A DNA stretch of 37,951 bases, from IMG/VR virus record IMGVR_UViG_3300036985_007727, positions 1 through 37,951 of that record; one strand, 5' to 3'. The position numbers and the translations under genes are program-made. Positions 27,328-36,544 of this stretch are shown piece by piece (the first letter of the stretch is position 1; every line of letters starts with the position of its first letter). This stretch comes from a virus (Duplodnaviria; Caudoviricetes). The notes below the pieces were generated by a model. It ran no database searches. It was not told the origin of the DNA and worked only from the letters and a program-made list of their open reading frames with translations.

Positions 27328-28251
27328 TTAAGTAGGAGTAGCAATTTTATCAAACTCAACTATTATACCATCAAATTTTTTACCATCAAGAAGTTGATTT
27401 ATTATAAATTTCTTAAGATTTAAAATATCACCCACAATCTTAGGTTCAGTCTTGTATTTTTCTAATATAATACCAACTAGATTATCAAGAGAAGTTACAA
27501 TGTCCTCAACTTCTTTTTCACCATCCACTACAGCAGATGGTGTTGGCGGTACAACTACTGGGGCGGGTGTAGGTATAATTACAGGTGATGGTGTAGCTAT
27601 TGCTGGTGTTGCTGCTGCTACTGTGCGGGTAAACGTACTTGGTTTGGTCAATGAATTTACTCTGCTTGCTATTGCGAATATAGCATTTCCAAATTCTTCT
27701 TTTGTAAGATTAAGAAAATCTTCTGCAAAAGCATCAAGATCAAGGTAAGGTACGGCATTTACATATTTTGAACTACCAGTAACAAAAGTTAATAATTTTT
27801 TATACCATGGAGATTGATCATTTTTTAAGGCTTCAATAATTGCGACCCTTATATCTGCACTATCTGGCATAGCTCCTAATTTTTTATTTTCAGGAACCGA
27901 ATCGTCAATAAAGTCTCTTAATAACAATTTAGTTAATGCTGGTAAATCTCTCGAAAGAAAATTCCACATTTTTGAATAAAAGGTTACGAGTTTAGCAGTT
28001 GTTTCTGCTGCCTTTTTTTTATTTTTTATGCGAATAAGTTTCCGTGTGTCTGATTTTGCATTTGATAGAGCTGTTTTTAAACTTTTGACACTTGGTAAAG
28101 TTGAAGAAATTAAATCTTCTGCTTTATCAAGGGCTTCAACAGCTAATTGTAAATTTCCTGTGTCTAAAGCCTCATTTAATTTAGATAAAAAATAATCTCT
28201 TTTAAGTTCTTCTTTTAATAAATTGTCATGTAAATCTTTAAGAGTTACCAT
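27328..28251 (-). CDS. Hypothetical protein, possibly head-associated
   Basis: Helical ORF with a Pro/Thr/Ala linker. Start MVTLKDL removes the overlap with the next gene and has TACTTA 8 nt upstream. Confidence 0.65.
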   Translation of the reverse strand: MVTLKDLHDNLLKEELKRDYFLSKLNEALDTGNLQLAVEALDKAEDLISSTLPSVKSLKTALSNAKSDTRKLIRIKNKKKAAETTAKLVTFYSKMWNFLSRDLPALTKLLLRDFIDDSVPENKKLGAMPDSADIRVAIIEALKNDQSPWYKKLLTFVTGSSKYVNAVPYLDLDAFAEDFLNLTKEEFGNAIFAIASRVNSLTKPSTFTRTVAAATPAIATPSPVIIPTPAPVVVPPTPSAVVDGEKEVEDIVTSLDNLVGIILEKYKTEPKIVGDILNLKKFIINQLLDGKKFDGIIVEFDKIATPT

Positions 28252-28283
28252 AATATCGTTAAGTATGCCAATAATGTTGCAAT

Positions 28284-28967
28284 ATGGCAATTCAAGTCGA
28301 AAGAAAAAAGGTTGATAAAGAAAAAAAAGAATCTTTTACCCCGTTTGAATCTTCAATTTCAAGTTCTAATTTTAGTTCAAATGAAATACAAAATATTGCT
28401 GAGTCGAAAGAACTTCCAAAGAAAAAAATATTAAATAAGTTTCATTTACCAATACTAAACATAAACAAATCTGATTATTGGCCATCTATGCCTTTAAAAG
28501 ATAGACAACACTTTACAGATGAAATTGCTGCTAAATCATGTCTGGGAAATTGTTGTGGTTATGAAGGATTAAGTGCAGGATGTTGTCAGCTCGATTTAGA
28601 AGATTTAGAACACGTATTAGGTTACGTTGAAGAATCAGATATTGAACGACTTCTAAAACATTTGAAGAAATCCACTCCTGGAATTAAAAGAGAAGATGTT
28701 GTTATTGATATGGAAGAAGGTATTTTACTCGGAAAACAGTTCTTTAACGATCACCCAGTATTCAAAGATAAAGATTCATATCCTATGTTAAGATTACAAC
28801 TCTTTGGATCTAGATTCGTTTGTAAATTTTTATCCCTAGAGACTTTTAAATGCACTGTTTACAACCATCGTCCAGACATGTGCCGAGAATATCACTGCGA
28901 ATGGCTCAAATCTAGTTTTCTCCTTAGAACAAAAGACCGCCCAAATACCTGGCAGAAACTAAGGTAG
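28284..28967 (+). CDS. YkgJ-family cysteine-cluster (Fe-S/Zn) protein
   Basis: C.GNCC...GCC and CKFL....CTVY..RP..CR.Y.C. Confidence 0.8.
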   Translation: MAIQVERKKVDKEKKESFTPFESSISSSNFSSNEIQNIAESKELPKKKILNKFHLPILNINKSDYWPSMPLKDRQHFTDEIAAKSCLGNCCGYEGLSAGCCQLDLEDLEHVLGYVEESDIERLLKHLKKSTPGIKREDVVIDMEEGILLGKQFFNDHPVFKDKDSYPMLRLQLFGSRFVCKFLSLETFKCTVYNHRPDMCREYHCEWLKSSFLLRTKDRPNTWQKLR

Positions 28968-29091
28968 CCCTATTTATCTTGGAGTGGTCGAAGATAAAAA
29001 CTAATGATTTACTAACCAAAATGGCAATTTAATTTCTTGGTGTTGACATAACATAAACTGATAACTAACCATAATACTATGGCGGTTTATA

Positions 29092-29658
29092 ATGGGTAAA
29101 CGAAAACCAGACCCTTCTGATTCTGTTTATAAAAATAAAGATGAGGTCGATGGGGTTGTAAATAGAAAATGGCATCAGCCCGATAAAGGTAAAGTAAAAT
29201 ATTCTGATATGATCAACTGGATCAAAACCAAACTTGCAAATGATTTTAATGATCTTGAATTATATCATTTGATAGTTGGAACTGACTCACAAAAAAGATC
29301 AACAAATGTTAGGTTTGTAACGGTTGTTGCATTATACAAAGAAGGTAAAGGGGGTATGTATTTTTATACTAGTCATCTTTTACCAAAGGAATTATTTGGC
29401 CGCTCAAAAAATGATAAATCAAAAATATACCAAGAAGTTGATTACTCGATTGAAGTAGCAAATGAAATTTTGCAAGAAACATGTGATTTAATTGTACCAA
29501 CAATTCATGTTGATGTTTCCCCCAAATACAAAAGAGAATATACTTCAGATATATCTGATAATGTAATTTCAATGGTTCGAGCTTATGGATTTGAACCATG
29601 TATTAAACCATTTTCTTTTGCAGCATCTGCTATTGCAAATAAACATAGCAAAGGTTAA
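29092..29658 (+). CDS. RNase H-like YkuK (DUF458) family protein
   Basis: IVGTDSQ, G.GG, I..EV..S, IHVDV and KP.SFAAS..A.KH motifs. Confidence 0.82.
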   Translation: MGKRKPDPSDSVYKNKDEVDGVVNRKWHQPDKGKVKYSDMINWIKTKLANDFNDLELYHLIVGTDSQKRSTNVRFVTVVALYKEGKGGMYFYTSHLLPKELFGRSKNDKSKIYQEVDYSIEVANEILQETCDLIVPTIHVDVSPKYKREYTSDISDNVISMVRAYGFEPCIKPFSFAASAIANKHSKG

Positions 29659-29685
29659 TGAATAATAATCATAAAGTAGGTTAAT

Positions 29686-30069
29686 ATGGATACTAATAAA
29701 CGTGCAAAACTAGACACTGAAATTGAACGAGCCCTGTTCAAATATGTTAATAAAATTAAAGAAAATGTATACGATTTTACAATTTTAACTGTAAAAAAAG
29801 ATCCAGTATTAAGAGAAAGTATCAATATTGAAACTGTTAAACAGCTTCTTGCAATTATTCAAACTGGAATTCAACAATCTAAAGGAGTATTTGTTGGCGA
29901 GTTTAATAACGATATTAAAATCGCTCTTGATAATTACGCTCAAGCTGAAAACCCTACTTTGTCGATGACATCAAAAGAAGAAGTTGTGGAGGTGCCATCG
30001 TCAGCAAAAGCTCAGGTTTCCACATCAGCAACAAAAACAAAAGTCGCGTTTTCTCTGCCTTCAGAATAA
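29686..30069 (+). CDS. Hypothetical protein
   Basis: Clean ORF in a plus-strand run. Confidence 0.7.
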   Translation: MDTNKRAKLDTEIERALFKYVNKIKENVYDFTILTVKKDPVLRESINIETVKQLLAIIQTGIQQSKGVFVGEFNNDIKIALDNYAQAENPTLSMTSKEEVVEVPSSAKAQVSTSATKTKVAFSLPSE

Positions 30070-30114
30070 GTCTTTTAATTTTACTATATTTTGTTTGGTC
30101 TAGAAATTAGAATT

Positions 30115-30606
30115 ATGAGCAAAGCAAAAACATATGTAAAACATCTTGTTGAATGCAATTGTGTTTTACCACAATTTAAAAATAGAAAAGATATAATTTT
30201 TCATAAATTTGTTGTATTTTCAAAAATAGGATTTGATGACAAAGTTATCACATCTTATGTTAAATGTAATAATTGCAATGGAGTTCATAGGGTTTATGAG
30301 ATTTCAAAAAGTGAGCTTATGAAAAATGAAAATTCAAAAAGTGTTGAAACAATCGATGAAATAAAATTATTCTTACCTGAAAAATTACAAATATTACTTG
30401 AAAAATACGATTGTGATTTGCCAACTTGGCAAGAGACACAATTTATTATTGATAGTGAAGCATGGGGCAGTAGAGTAATTTTATCAAGAGAAGTTGAACA
30501 ATCAAAAACAACAACTAAAATAAATTTAACAACTTTGCTTATTGCGGGCAAAACTTTATATAAATTAGATAAATTTGAAAGAGAAGATTCAAATGGCGAA
30601 CAATAG
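30115..30606 (+). CDS. Hypothetical protein, probable Zn-binding
   Basis: CNC...H and CNNC..VH; ATG start at 30115. Confidence 0.65.
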   Translation: MSKAKTYVKHLVECNCVLPQFKNRKDIIFHKFVVFSKIGFDDKVITSYVKCNNCNGVHRVYEISKSELMKNENSKSVETIDEIKLFLPEKLQILLEKYDCDLPTWQETQFIIDSEAWGSRVILSREVEQSKTTTKINLTTLLIAGKTLYKLDKFEREDSNGEQ

Positions 30607-30919
30607 TAATGGTTTAGTTGGACAACCAGAAGTTAAGTTTGAAGAAACAGATTATAATCTGGAATTAAAATTCGAAGAATTTGAAACGGTTCTTACAAAA
30701 GAACAAAAAACTCGTTGTTTTGAGGTGACTACCGAAGTTTCAAAATATCTTAAAACTGATAGAGAAAAAATATTCTTAATGGAAAGGTTAGCGTTAGAAT
30801 TAGAAAACAACGATCTTTCAATTATGTTTGGTAAAACAGCCAGGGCTTTGCGTGCAGAATTAAATAAATCAAATGCAACTCAAGGCAAAACAGCTAAAAA
30901 AGGACTGGTTACAAAGTAA
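30593..30919 (+). CDS. Hypothetical protein
   Basis: ATG at 30593, coupled to its neighbours. Confidence 0.65.
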   Translation: MANNSNGLVGQPEVKFEETDYNLELKFEEFETVLTKEQKTRCFEVTTEVSKYLKTDREKIFLMERLALELENNDLSIMFGKTARALRAELNKSNATQGKTAKKGLVTK

Positions 30920-31164
30920 TGAAAATTGAAACTAGATTTGAAAGAGTTTATCACAAAAGACAAGATGGTCTTTATCAAGAATATATTAGACATTTTATTG
31001 TGACAACCAATCCATCAACGGGCGAAATTAAAACACAATTTGATAAAGAAATAATTGGCAAAATTTATAAACGAGCAACTGTAAATGATAGAGGTATAAA
31101 TGGATATGCATATTTTACAGATGCTGATACAAATGAAACAATTCAATTGGTTGCTATCCAATAA
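30919..31164 (+). CDS. Hypothetical protein
   Basis: TAATG overlap with the upstream stop. Confidence 0.65.
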   Translation: MKIETRFERVYHKRQDGLYQEYIRHFIVTTNPSTGEIKTQFDKEIIGKIYKRATVNDRGINGYAYFTDADTNETIQLVAIQ

Positions 31165-31172
31165 TCTGTTTT

Positions 31173-31991
31173 ATGCCTATCCCTTCATGGTTAGATCTAA
31201 AAACAGAAATTACTAATCCTAGTAAACCAAACTGGTTTCAAAATATACCAAGACCAAAATCTGATGCGGCATTTTATTTATGGTCTATTTGTTCAATATT
31301 TGAAGCAGCGAAAGAAATTTCATTCCCAATTCCTTCAATAGAACAAACTGTTGAAATAACCGCTAATTTTGGTGTTGAAACAGGCCATGGTCAAAAGTGG
31401 AGTGAAAATAACTGGGGTGGTGTTAAGATTAACAAATCGTATGTTGATTCATATAAACTAAAACATGGTAAATCTCCTCATTGGTTTCAGACCTCTGGAC
31501 ATGCCAACAGTGGCGATGAAGCCACTGTATATTACGTAGGGTTTGATTCAATACCACAGTTTAGTGAATTTTGGCTTGAAAGATTTGTGCCAGCGGGTTA
31601 TAAATTAGAAGATTCTAATCCAAAAAAGAGTAGATACTATAAAACTGCTAAAGCATTTTGGGAAAGATTAATCAATCCAAATCAACACTGGTTTTATGAA
31701 CTTTGTGTTTCTGGATATAAGGGGGCTCTAACTCAGAAAACACCAGCCCCAAGCGTTGAAACATTGTTTAATGTAAAATCAAGAGTACAAACTGTAACAA
31801 CTCAACTATTGCTTGGGGTTACACCAGACGGTTCATGGGGACCAAAATCAACTGCTGCTTGTAAAGCGTTCCAAGTTGAAAATGGATTAAGTTTAGATTC
31901 TGGCGAATGTACAAATCAAACCCTGCATGTTTTGGTGTCAAAATATCTAACAAATGCAGATTTCGCAAGGAAGTTTGGATTTGAGTTTTAA
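31173..31991 (+). CDS. Peptidoglycan hydrolase, lysozyme-fold (GH73/glucosaminidase-like) with C-terminal PG-binding domain
   Basis: VETGHG....NNWGGVK catalytic-type motif; LGVTPDGSWGPKS..A.KAFQ..NGL (PG_binding_1-like). Confidence 0.7.
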   Translation: MPIPSWLDLKTEITNPSKPNWFQNIPRPKSDAAFYLWSICSIFEAAKEISFPIPSIEQTVEITANFGVETGHGQKWSENNWGGVKINKSYVDSYKLKHGKSPHWFQTSGHANSGDEATVYYVGFDSIPQFSEFWLERFVPAGYKLEDSNPKKSRYYKTAKAFWERLINPNQHWFYELCVSGYKGALTQKTPAPSVETLFNVKSRVQTVTTQLLLGVTPDGSWGPKSTAACKAFQVENGLSLDSGECTNQTLHVLVSKYLTNADFARKFGFEF

Positions 31992-32821
31992 AAACTCATT
32001 AGACTATCAAGCGGGCGACCAACGAACATACCATTTTTATAACCTTTGGCTTTAAGAGCGGCAACAGTTTTTTGCAAAGGAATCCCATCACATTCTTGTG
32101 TTGGTAGTCCACAAACCGCCGATTGTCTTTCTTTCCATACCTTTATATCTTCCTCCACATCCATATCAAATAATTCATACCCAGCAGCTTTTAATGCATA
32201 GAAAATATGTTGACCTGGATCCCCTGCCCCTCTTTCGGATGTAACATTTACATGGCCAATGATACCAACTACATTATTACCATTTCCGCCAGTTGAACTC
32301 AATCTTTTAATTTGTCTTAGATTTGGTTTATCTTCCTTTTTATTCCATGGAATTTGGCGTTGTATGCCCAAAGAAGCGGTCAGGAAGTCAATCAATAATA
32401 CTGTTTTGTCTAATTGACCAGAATATAATACTCTACGCTTTGAATCGGTTTTATTTGGTCCTTGAATTAATTCAAATCCAAGACTAACTGCATTAATATT
32501 ATTTGCTTGCCAACTATAATCAACGGTTGGATCATTTTGACAAAGCACTTCACCATTCATGTCGATTGTGTAATCCCATGATACTGATCTGGTTGTATTT
32601 ACTTGATATCTTGCATTCGCTTCATCTATTGTTGAATCTGGACCCATTCCTTGAATTAGATCACTTAGGATCCCTTCGTGTGTATGCGCCACAATGCTGC
32701 GTACTTGACGAGTACGTGTATTTTTATGAGTAATATACTTTAACCATGAGATGTTATCTAGCCATGATTTTGTAGTTAGTCCTTCGACTTCAAATTGTTT
32801 GCCACCGATTATAATAGACAT
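31988..32821 (-). CDS. N-acetylmuramoyl-L-alanine amidase (Amidase_2) with PG-binding-like tail
   Basis: IVAHTHEG, SWDYTID..G, N..SLGFE, IIGH..V and GDPG motifs; C-terminal WK..Q..CGL....DGI...T..AL. Confidence 0.8.
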   Translation of the reverse strand: MSIIIGGKQFEVEGLTTKSWLDNISWLKYITHKNTRTRQVRSIVAHTHEGILSDLIQGMGPDSTIDEANARYQVNTTRSVSWDYTIDMNGEVLCQNDPTVDYSWQANNINAVSLGFELIQGPNKTDSKRRVLYSGQLDKTVLLIDFLTASLGIQRQIPWNKKEDKPNLRQIKRLSSTGGNGNNVVGIIGHVNVTSERGAGDPGQHIFYALKAAGYELFDMDVEEDIKVWKERQSAVCGLPTQECDGIPLQKTVAALKAKGYKNGMFVGRPLDSLMSF

Positions 32822-32825
32822 ATTA

Positions 32826-33080
32826 TTAATTATCTAATTCAGACAAACAAAGTTTGTGAACACAGATAATTCCATTTATTGGATCTAGAACTTTGTAAAA
32901 ATTTGGTTTTGGTTTGCCGTCAGATTCTAATACAAGAACGTGACTATCTGGTACTAAACGTTTTAAGCTATCAAACTCCACAAATACGCCTTCAAGATTA
33001 TTAATTCCATAAAGATCTTTTTCTTTAATAATCTTATATTCTTTGCCGATTAAAATTTCTGGTACTCTCCTTTTTTCCAT
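32826..33080 (-). CDS. Hypothetical small beta-rich protein
   Basis: Likely start MEKRRV. Shares H..VLE...YKVL...GI with 33702-34031. Confidence 0.55.
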   Translation of the reverse strand: MEKRRVPEILIGKEYKIIKEKDLYGINNLEGVFVEFDSLKRLVPDSHVLVLESDGKPKPNFYKVLDPINGIICVHKLCLSELDN

Positions 33081-33201
33081 TTCTTTATAAGTTAACATAC
33101 ATTGTATTTTTTTGTACAGTGTTTTTTGATTTACAATAAAGGAAAATATCATCTTATGTTTCTTTCAAACAACAAGTGAGTTTAATATCCATAATGATTG
33201 T

Positions 33202-33678
33202 ATGGAATGTATAGTTTGTTTAAAAAAACATTGCATATGTGAAAAAATTATTGATTACGAAATCAATGAAATAGGATTTCTTGAAACACCACGCAAAAGA
33301 AAAAAAGCAGAGAAAGTAGGATTATCTGTTTTTAGAACAGAAGCGGAACAAGAAATTAAATATAAGAAACGGATGCTGTCTGGGGCAAAGCAAAGAGCCA
33401 AAACTAAAGGGCTGGCATTTGATCTTACAGTTGAAGACATAGCCATCCCAGTGTATTGTCCTATTCTTGGTATGCCGCTATACACAAGTGAGTTAGATTC
33501 AGATTGTAGCCCTTCTATTGATAGAATTGATAATTCTGGCGGCTACACAAAAGATAATATTCAAATAATTTCAACTAGAGCAAACCGAATTAAAAGCGAT
33601 TCTTCAATTGAAGAATTGCAAAGATTGCTAAATTATCTTGTTGAACAAAATCGTCTCAGACGCATTGACAGTCTGTAG
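33202..33678 (+). CDS. HNH-type endonuclease
   Basis: AK.RAK..GL.F.L, CPILG and PSIDRIDNS.GYTKDNIQIIS..AN..K. Confidence 0.8.
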   Translation: MECIVCLKKHCICEKIIDYEINEIGFLETPRKRKKAEKVGLSVFRTEAEQEIKYKKRMLSGAKQRAKTKGLAFDLTVEDIAIPVYCPILGMPLYTSELDSDCSPSIDRIDNSGGYTKDNIQIISTRANRIKSDSSIEELQRLLNYLVEQNRLRRIDSL

Positions 33679-33692
33679 GGTTGTATTAAGCT
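33665..33692 (+). promoter_or_regulatory. Possible sigma70 promoter for the gene at 33702
   Basis: TTGACA-N16-TAAGCT, 9 nt before the ATG. Confidence 0.45.
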
Positions 33693-33701
33693 AGGATTAC
33701 T

Positions 33702-34031
33702 ATGAACGAAACGCAAAATGATATTATTGGTTGTGCGGTAGTGGTTAGTAGCTTGAAACTTTTGTATCCGTCCCATTCTAAAAGTGATGAGATTTTTATT
33801 ATCAACACAGGAACATTCACCTCTTATATCGAAGATGATGATTCATTTATGAATCCAGCACATAGACTGGCGACATTGCGATATAATGAAGATCACATTG
33901 TTATTCTTGAAAAAATTAACTCTCCTGTTCTAAACTCAACTGACTTTGTTGAATATAAAGTGCTAACCAAAGATGGAATTGGTTATATGTTGCATAACAA
34001 AATGCACGAACGATTTACAATCGTAGCCTAA
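33702..34031 (+). CDS. Hypothetical protein
   Basis: ORF with a candidate promoter; shares a motif with 32826-33080. Confidence 0.6.
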   Translation: MNETQNDIIGCAVVVSSLKLLYPSHSKSDEIFIINTGTFTSYIEDDDSFMNPAHRLATLRYNEDHIVILEKINSPVLNSTDFVEYKVLTKDGIGYMLHNKMHERFTIVA

Positions 34032-34498
34032 CTTATCCTCTCAATTATTGATATCCCATTTGGTAAATTTGCCCTAAAATTTTGGATAATTGTTCTATCA
34101 TCCATAAATGAATCAGGCTTGGCAAAGAAACCATGAGGATTTTTACTAACATACTTTATATGTTTTGGTATGTTCACATGAACTAAAGTAGAATTTATGT
34201 GTTGAAATAAATCAATTGTAATAAAGTTAATATTTTCTTTTATTGTATTTTGTGTTAGTATATCGTTACAACAAACAAAACTAACTGTATCTTTTGCCTG
34301 AGAGTTTAAACAATAGACTTTTGGATTTTTTAATATAATAAAATCTTTATCTGAAAAAAGATCTGCTATAGAAGTAATATTATTTGGATTATCAAAATTA
34401 GCAAAAAAATGATTTATAAAATCTAATACAGTTTTTCCATTCAAAAATTTGAATGTATCGTAAGAATTAAATGATTCTAATGGTATTATTGATTTCAT
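34028..34498 (-). CDS. Hypothetical protein
   Basis: AT-rich ORF coupled to the upstream gene (TGATG). Confidence 0.6.
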   Translation of the reverse strand: MKSIIPLESFNSYDTFKFLNGKTVLDFINHFFANFDNPNNITSIADLFSDKDFIILKNPKVYCLNSQAKDTVSFVCCNDILTQNTIKENINFITIDLFQHINSTLVHVNIPKHIKYVSKNPHGFFAKPDSFMDDRTIIQNFRANLPNGISIIERIS

Positions 34499-34980
34499 CA
34501 GTTTATTCGTTTAATCATTTCTTTTAATGATGATTCTAGATTAGTATTAAATTTTACAACATCTTCTCTTTTTGTTTTATTTGTTAGAGTAGTACAAAAT
34601 ATATTATACGATGATATGCTGGTAAATTGTTCATATTCAAGTATACTATAAAGTGTGCGATTTGCAAATCCATTTTCAAGCAATATGTTTGCTTGTAAAT
34701 GCAAACCCACATTTCCCTTATAAAAAACTGTACACTCCTTATTGATACTAAAATCAATTAATATAAAATTTTTAGTTTTAATCATTCCATCAAATAGATA
34801 AAGATCTTTATTTTCTATCCCAAGATCTTTATATTGTTGATGGACTTGCGGAGCATATTGATTTAGCTTTTCATAAAGTTTCCAAACAATATCTCCACGT
34901 TCTGGGGACAATCGTTCTACTGCTTTTTCAACCATCATATTTATTGGTTTTTTTGAACTCAAAAAATTACTCCAAATCAA
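34498..34980 (-). CDS. Hypothetical protein
   Basis: AT-rich ORF in a three-gene run; start uncertain. Confidence 0.6.
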   Translation of the reverse strand: MIWSNFLSSKKPINMMVEKAVERLSPERGDIVWKLYEKLNQYAPQVHQQYKDLGIENKDLYLFDGMIKTKNFILIDFSINKECTVFYKGNVGLHLQANILLENGFANRTLYSILEYEQFTSISSYNIFCTTLTNKTKREDVVKFNTNLESSLKEMIKRIN

Positions 34981-35410
34981 ATGGTTTAACCAAGTAATGG
35001 TCTAATCCATGCTTCTCAATTATATCCTTTGTTATGATGTATGTAAAGTCGTTTTCGACTGTTGAATAAACTGATTTATTAAGAAAAGTAAAGTCATAAG
35101 TTGGAAACCAAAGGCAAAAAGATGGGTTTGTAAAACTTTTTAAGTCAAGAATTGCAAAAACTATTTCAGTTGATCCTGATTGTGTTATAATTTTTATATA
35201 TTTTTGCCAAACAAACGATTCATCTTCTGTTTTAATCCACTTGCTAGGACCATCATATATAATAAAATGCCCTCCACAAAACAGACATTCGCCATTCTCA
35301 GCTAGAGTTCTAATTATTTTAATCCTATTTTCAATTTGATTTATTATTTGTTCGTGAAAATAGTGGAAATATATGTCACGGATTATTTGTTTTAAGCCTT
35401 TTTTTTCCAT
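34967..35410 (-). CDS. Hypothetical protein
   Basis: AT-rich ORF, first of the run. Confidence 0.6.
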   Translation of the reverse strand: MEKKGLKQIIRDIYFHYFHEQIINQIENRIKIIRTLAENGECLFCGGHFIIYDGPSKWIKTEDESFVWQKYIKIITQSGSTEIVFAILDLKSFTNPSFCLWFPTYDFTFLNKSVYSTVENDFTYIITKDIIEKHGLDHYLVKPFDLE

Positions 35411-35507
35411 AACCCTACTTTAACTAAATGATTTTATTAGTTTTTATAATTTATTACCACTATTTTGCAACAAAATAAAGAATTTAAAATGCGTATTTAT
35501 TTGAGTC

Positions 35508-35993
35508 ATGAAATTATACAAATTTTTATTTGAAGAAGTTGACCGCAACCAATTTAATTACGGCCCCGTTTATCATGGTGGAACCTGGGATGGGGTAAGT
35601 CCTATTAAAACAACTGGAAGAGGCGCATTGGGTTCAGGAGCTTACTTTACACCAAATAAATCCATAGCAGAAAATTATGCACAAGAATCAGGTGGAGAAG
35701 TTATTGAAACCTATCTTGATCTTAAAAATCCTTTAGAAATTCATGTGAATAAAAACACATATTCTCACCCTTGTGTGCAAGCACTTGTAAAGTTAGGTGT
35801 TAACGAAGAAAAAGCTGCGAAAAAAGTTGAAAAAGTAGAAGAACAAAAGGGATATATTGGAAAAGAAATAAGTAGTTTAGCAATTGGAAAGGGTTATGAT
35901 GGTCTTATTCAATATTTTGATGGTGAGCCAAAAGAAATAGTTATTTGGAATTTTAAACAAGTTAAATCAATAACTAAAGATAGTACGGAATAA
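35508..35993 (+). CDS. ADP-ribosyltransferase-fold protein (ART-PolyVal-like)
   Basis: VYHG, G.GAYFT....A..YA, YL.LKNP, GYDGLI and E.VI motifs; N-terminus MKLYKFLFEE. Confidence 0.7.
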   Translation: MKLYKFLFEEVDRNQFNYGPVYHGGTWDGVSPIKTTGRGALGSGAYFTPNKSIAENYAQESGGEVIETYLDLKNPLEIHVNKNTYSHPCVQALVKLGVNEEKAAKKVEKVEEQKGYIGKEISSLAIGKGYDGLIQYFDGEPKEIVIWNFKQVKSITKDSTE

Positions 35994-36006
35994 TTTATCA
36001 GTTTAT

Positions 36007-36268
36007 TTCTTGTGAGCAGAAAACTCACAGGCTCGTCCTGTGGGATGAATGCGATTCAATTTAAAATATTTTAAACAAAAAATATTTTTTGCATAATAAT
36101 TAAAACTATCGGAGCAATTAATTTTTCTGATATCGTTCGGAACGAACGATTACAGGCATGGAGAGAATATAAAACCAACTGGTTTTCCAGCGGTAATTTT
36201 CGGTGAAGTGCTTAAAGTTCCTGAATAAATTTCAGGAAGCCCACAGCCTCGTGCTGTGGGTAGTTCAC
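36007..36268 (+). mobile_element. Non-autonomous IS200/IS605-family mini-element (PATE/MITE-like), no tnpA or tnpB
   Basis: Left hairpin CTCACAGG-CTCGT-CCTGTGGG (36024-36044) and right hairpin CCCACAGC-CTCGT-GCTGTGGG (36240-36260) share an identical loop. The element ends TAGTTCAC, and TTTAT lies immediately 5' (36002-36006). The left boundary is inferred. Confidence 0.8.
36132..36268 (+). ncRNA. TnpB omegaRNA-like scaffold (guide would be the flank from 36269)
   Basis: Hairpin ATCGTTCG/CGAACGAT, stem AGGCAT/GTGCTT enclosing CTGG-TTTT-CCAG, hairpin TTCCTGAA/TTCAGGAA, the right-end hairpin, and pseudoknot pairing GTGAA (36203-07) with TTCAC (36264-68). Confidence 0.7.
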
Positions 36269-36521
36269 CTGAAGCAAATCCTGTTCCTTCTATTCCATAT
36301 TCTTTGCATTTAGGATGCATGTAATAGAAATATACACCTCTTGGAAACCATTTGCCTCCTGGGTTGACTCCCCATTTTTCAAACTCAGAAAAAGTAATTC
36401 CATATTTAGGCAACCCATCTCCAGTTAATTGATTGTATTTGTCTACATTATAAAGAAAGTTACTACCATACATCTCTTTTTCAATATTAAAATTTTCAAA
36501 AAGTATATTGTATAGTTTCAT
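36269..36521 (-). pseudogene. Phage gene (MKLYNILFEN...) interrupted by the IS mini-element
   Basis: Plausible protein up to ...GTGFAS; the ORF-track continuation is simply the antisense of the element's right end. Confidence 0.65.
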
Positions 36522-36544
36522 GACAAATTTAAATAGTTAATATT

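Noticed and set aside
36150-36268. C-terminal ~39 aa of the 123-aa minus-strand ORF
   Set aside because: Read-through into the antisense of the IS right end and omegaRNA.
36007-36268. IStron / group I intron, or simple terminators
   Set aside because: Too short and no group I core recognised. The hairpins lack U tracts and match IS ends.
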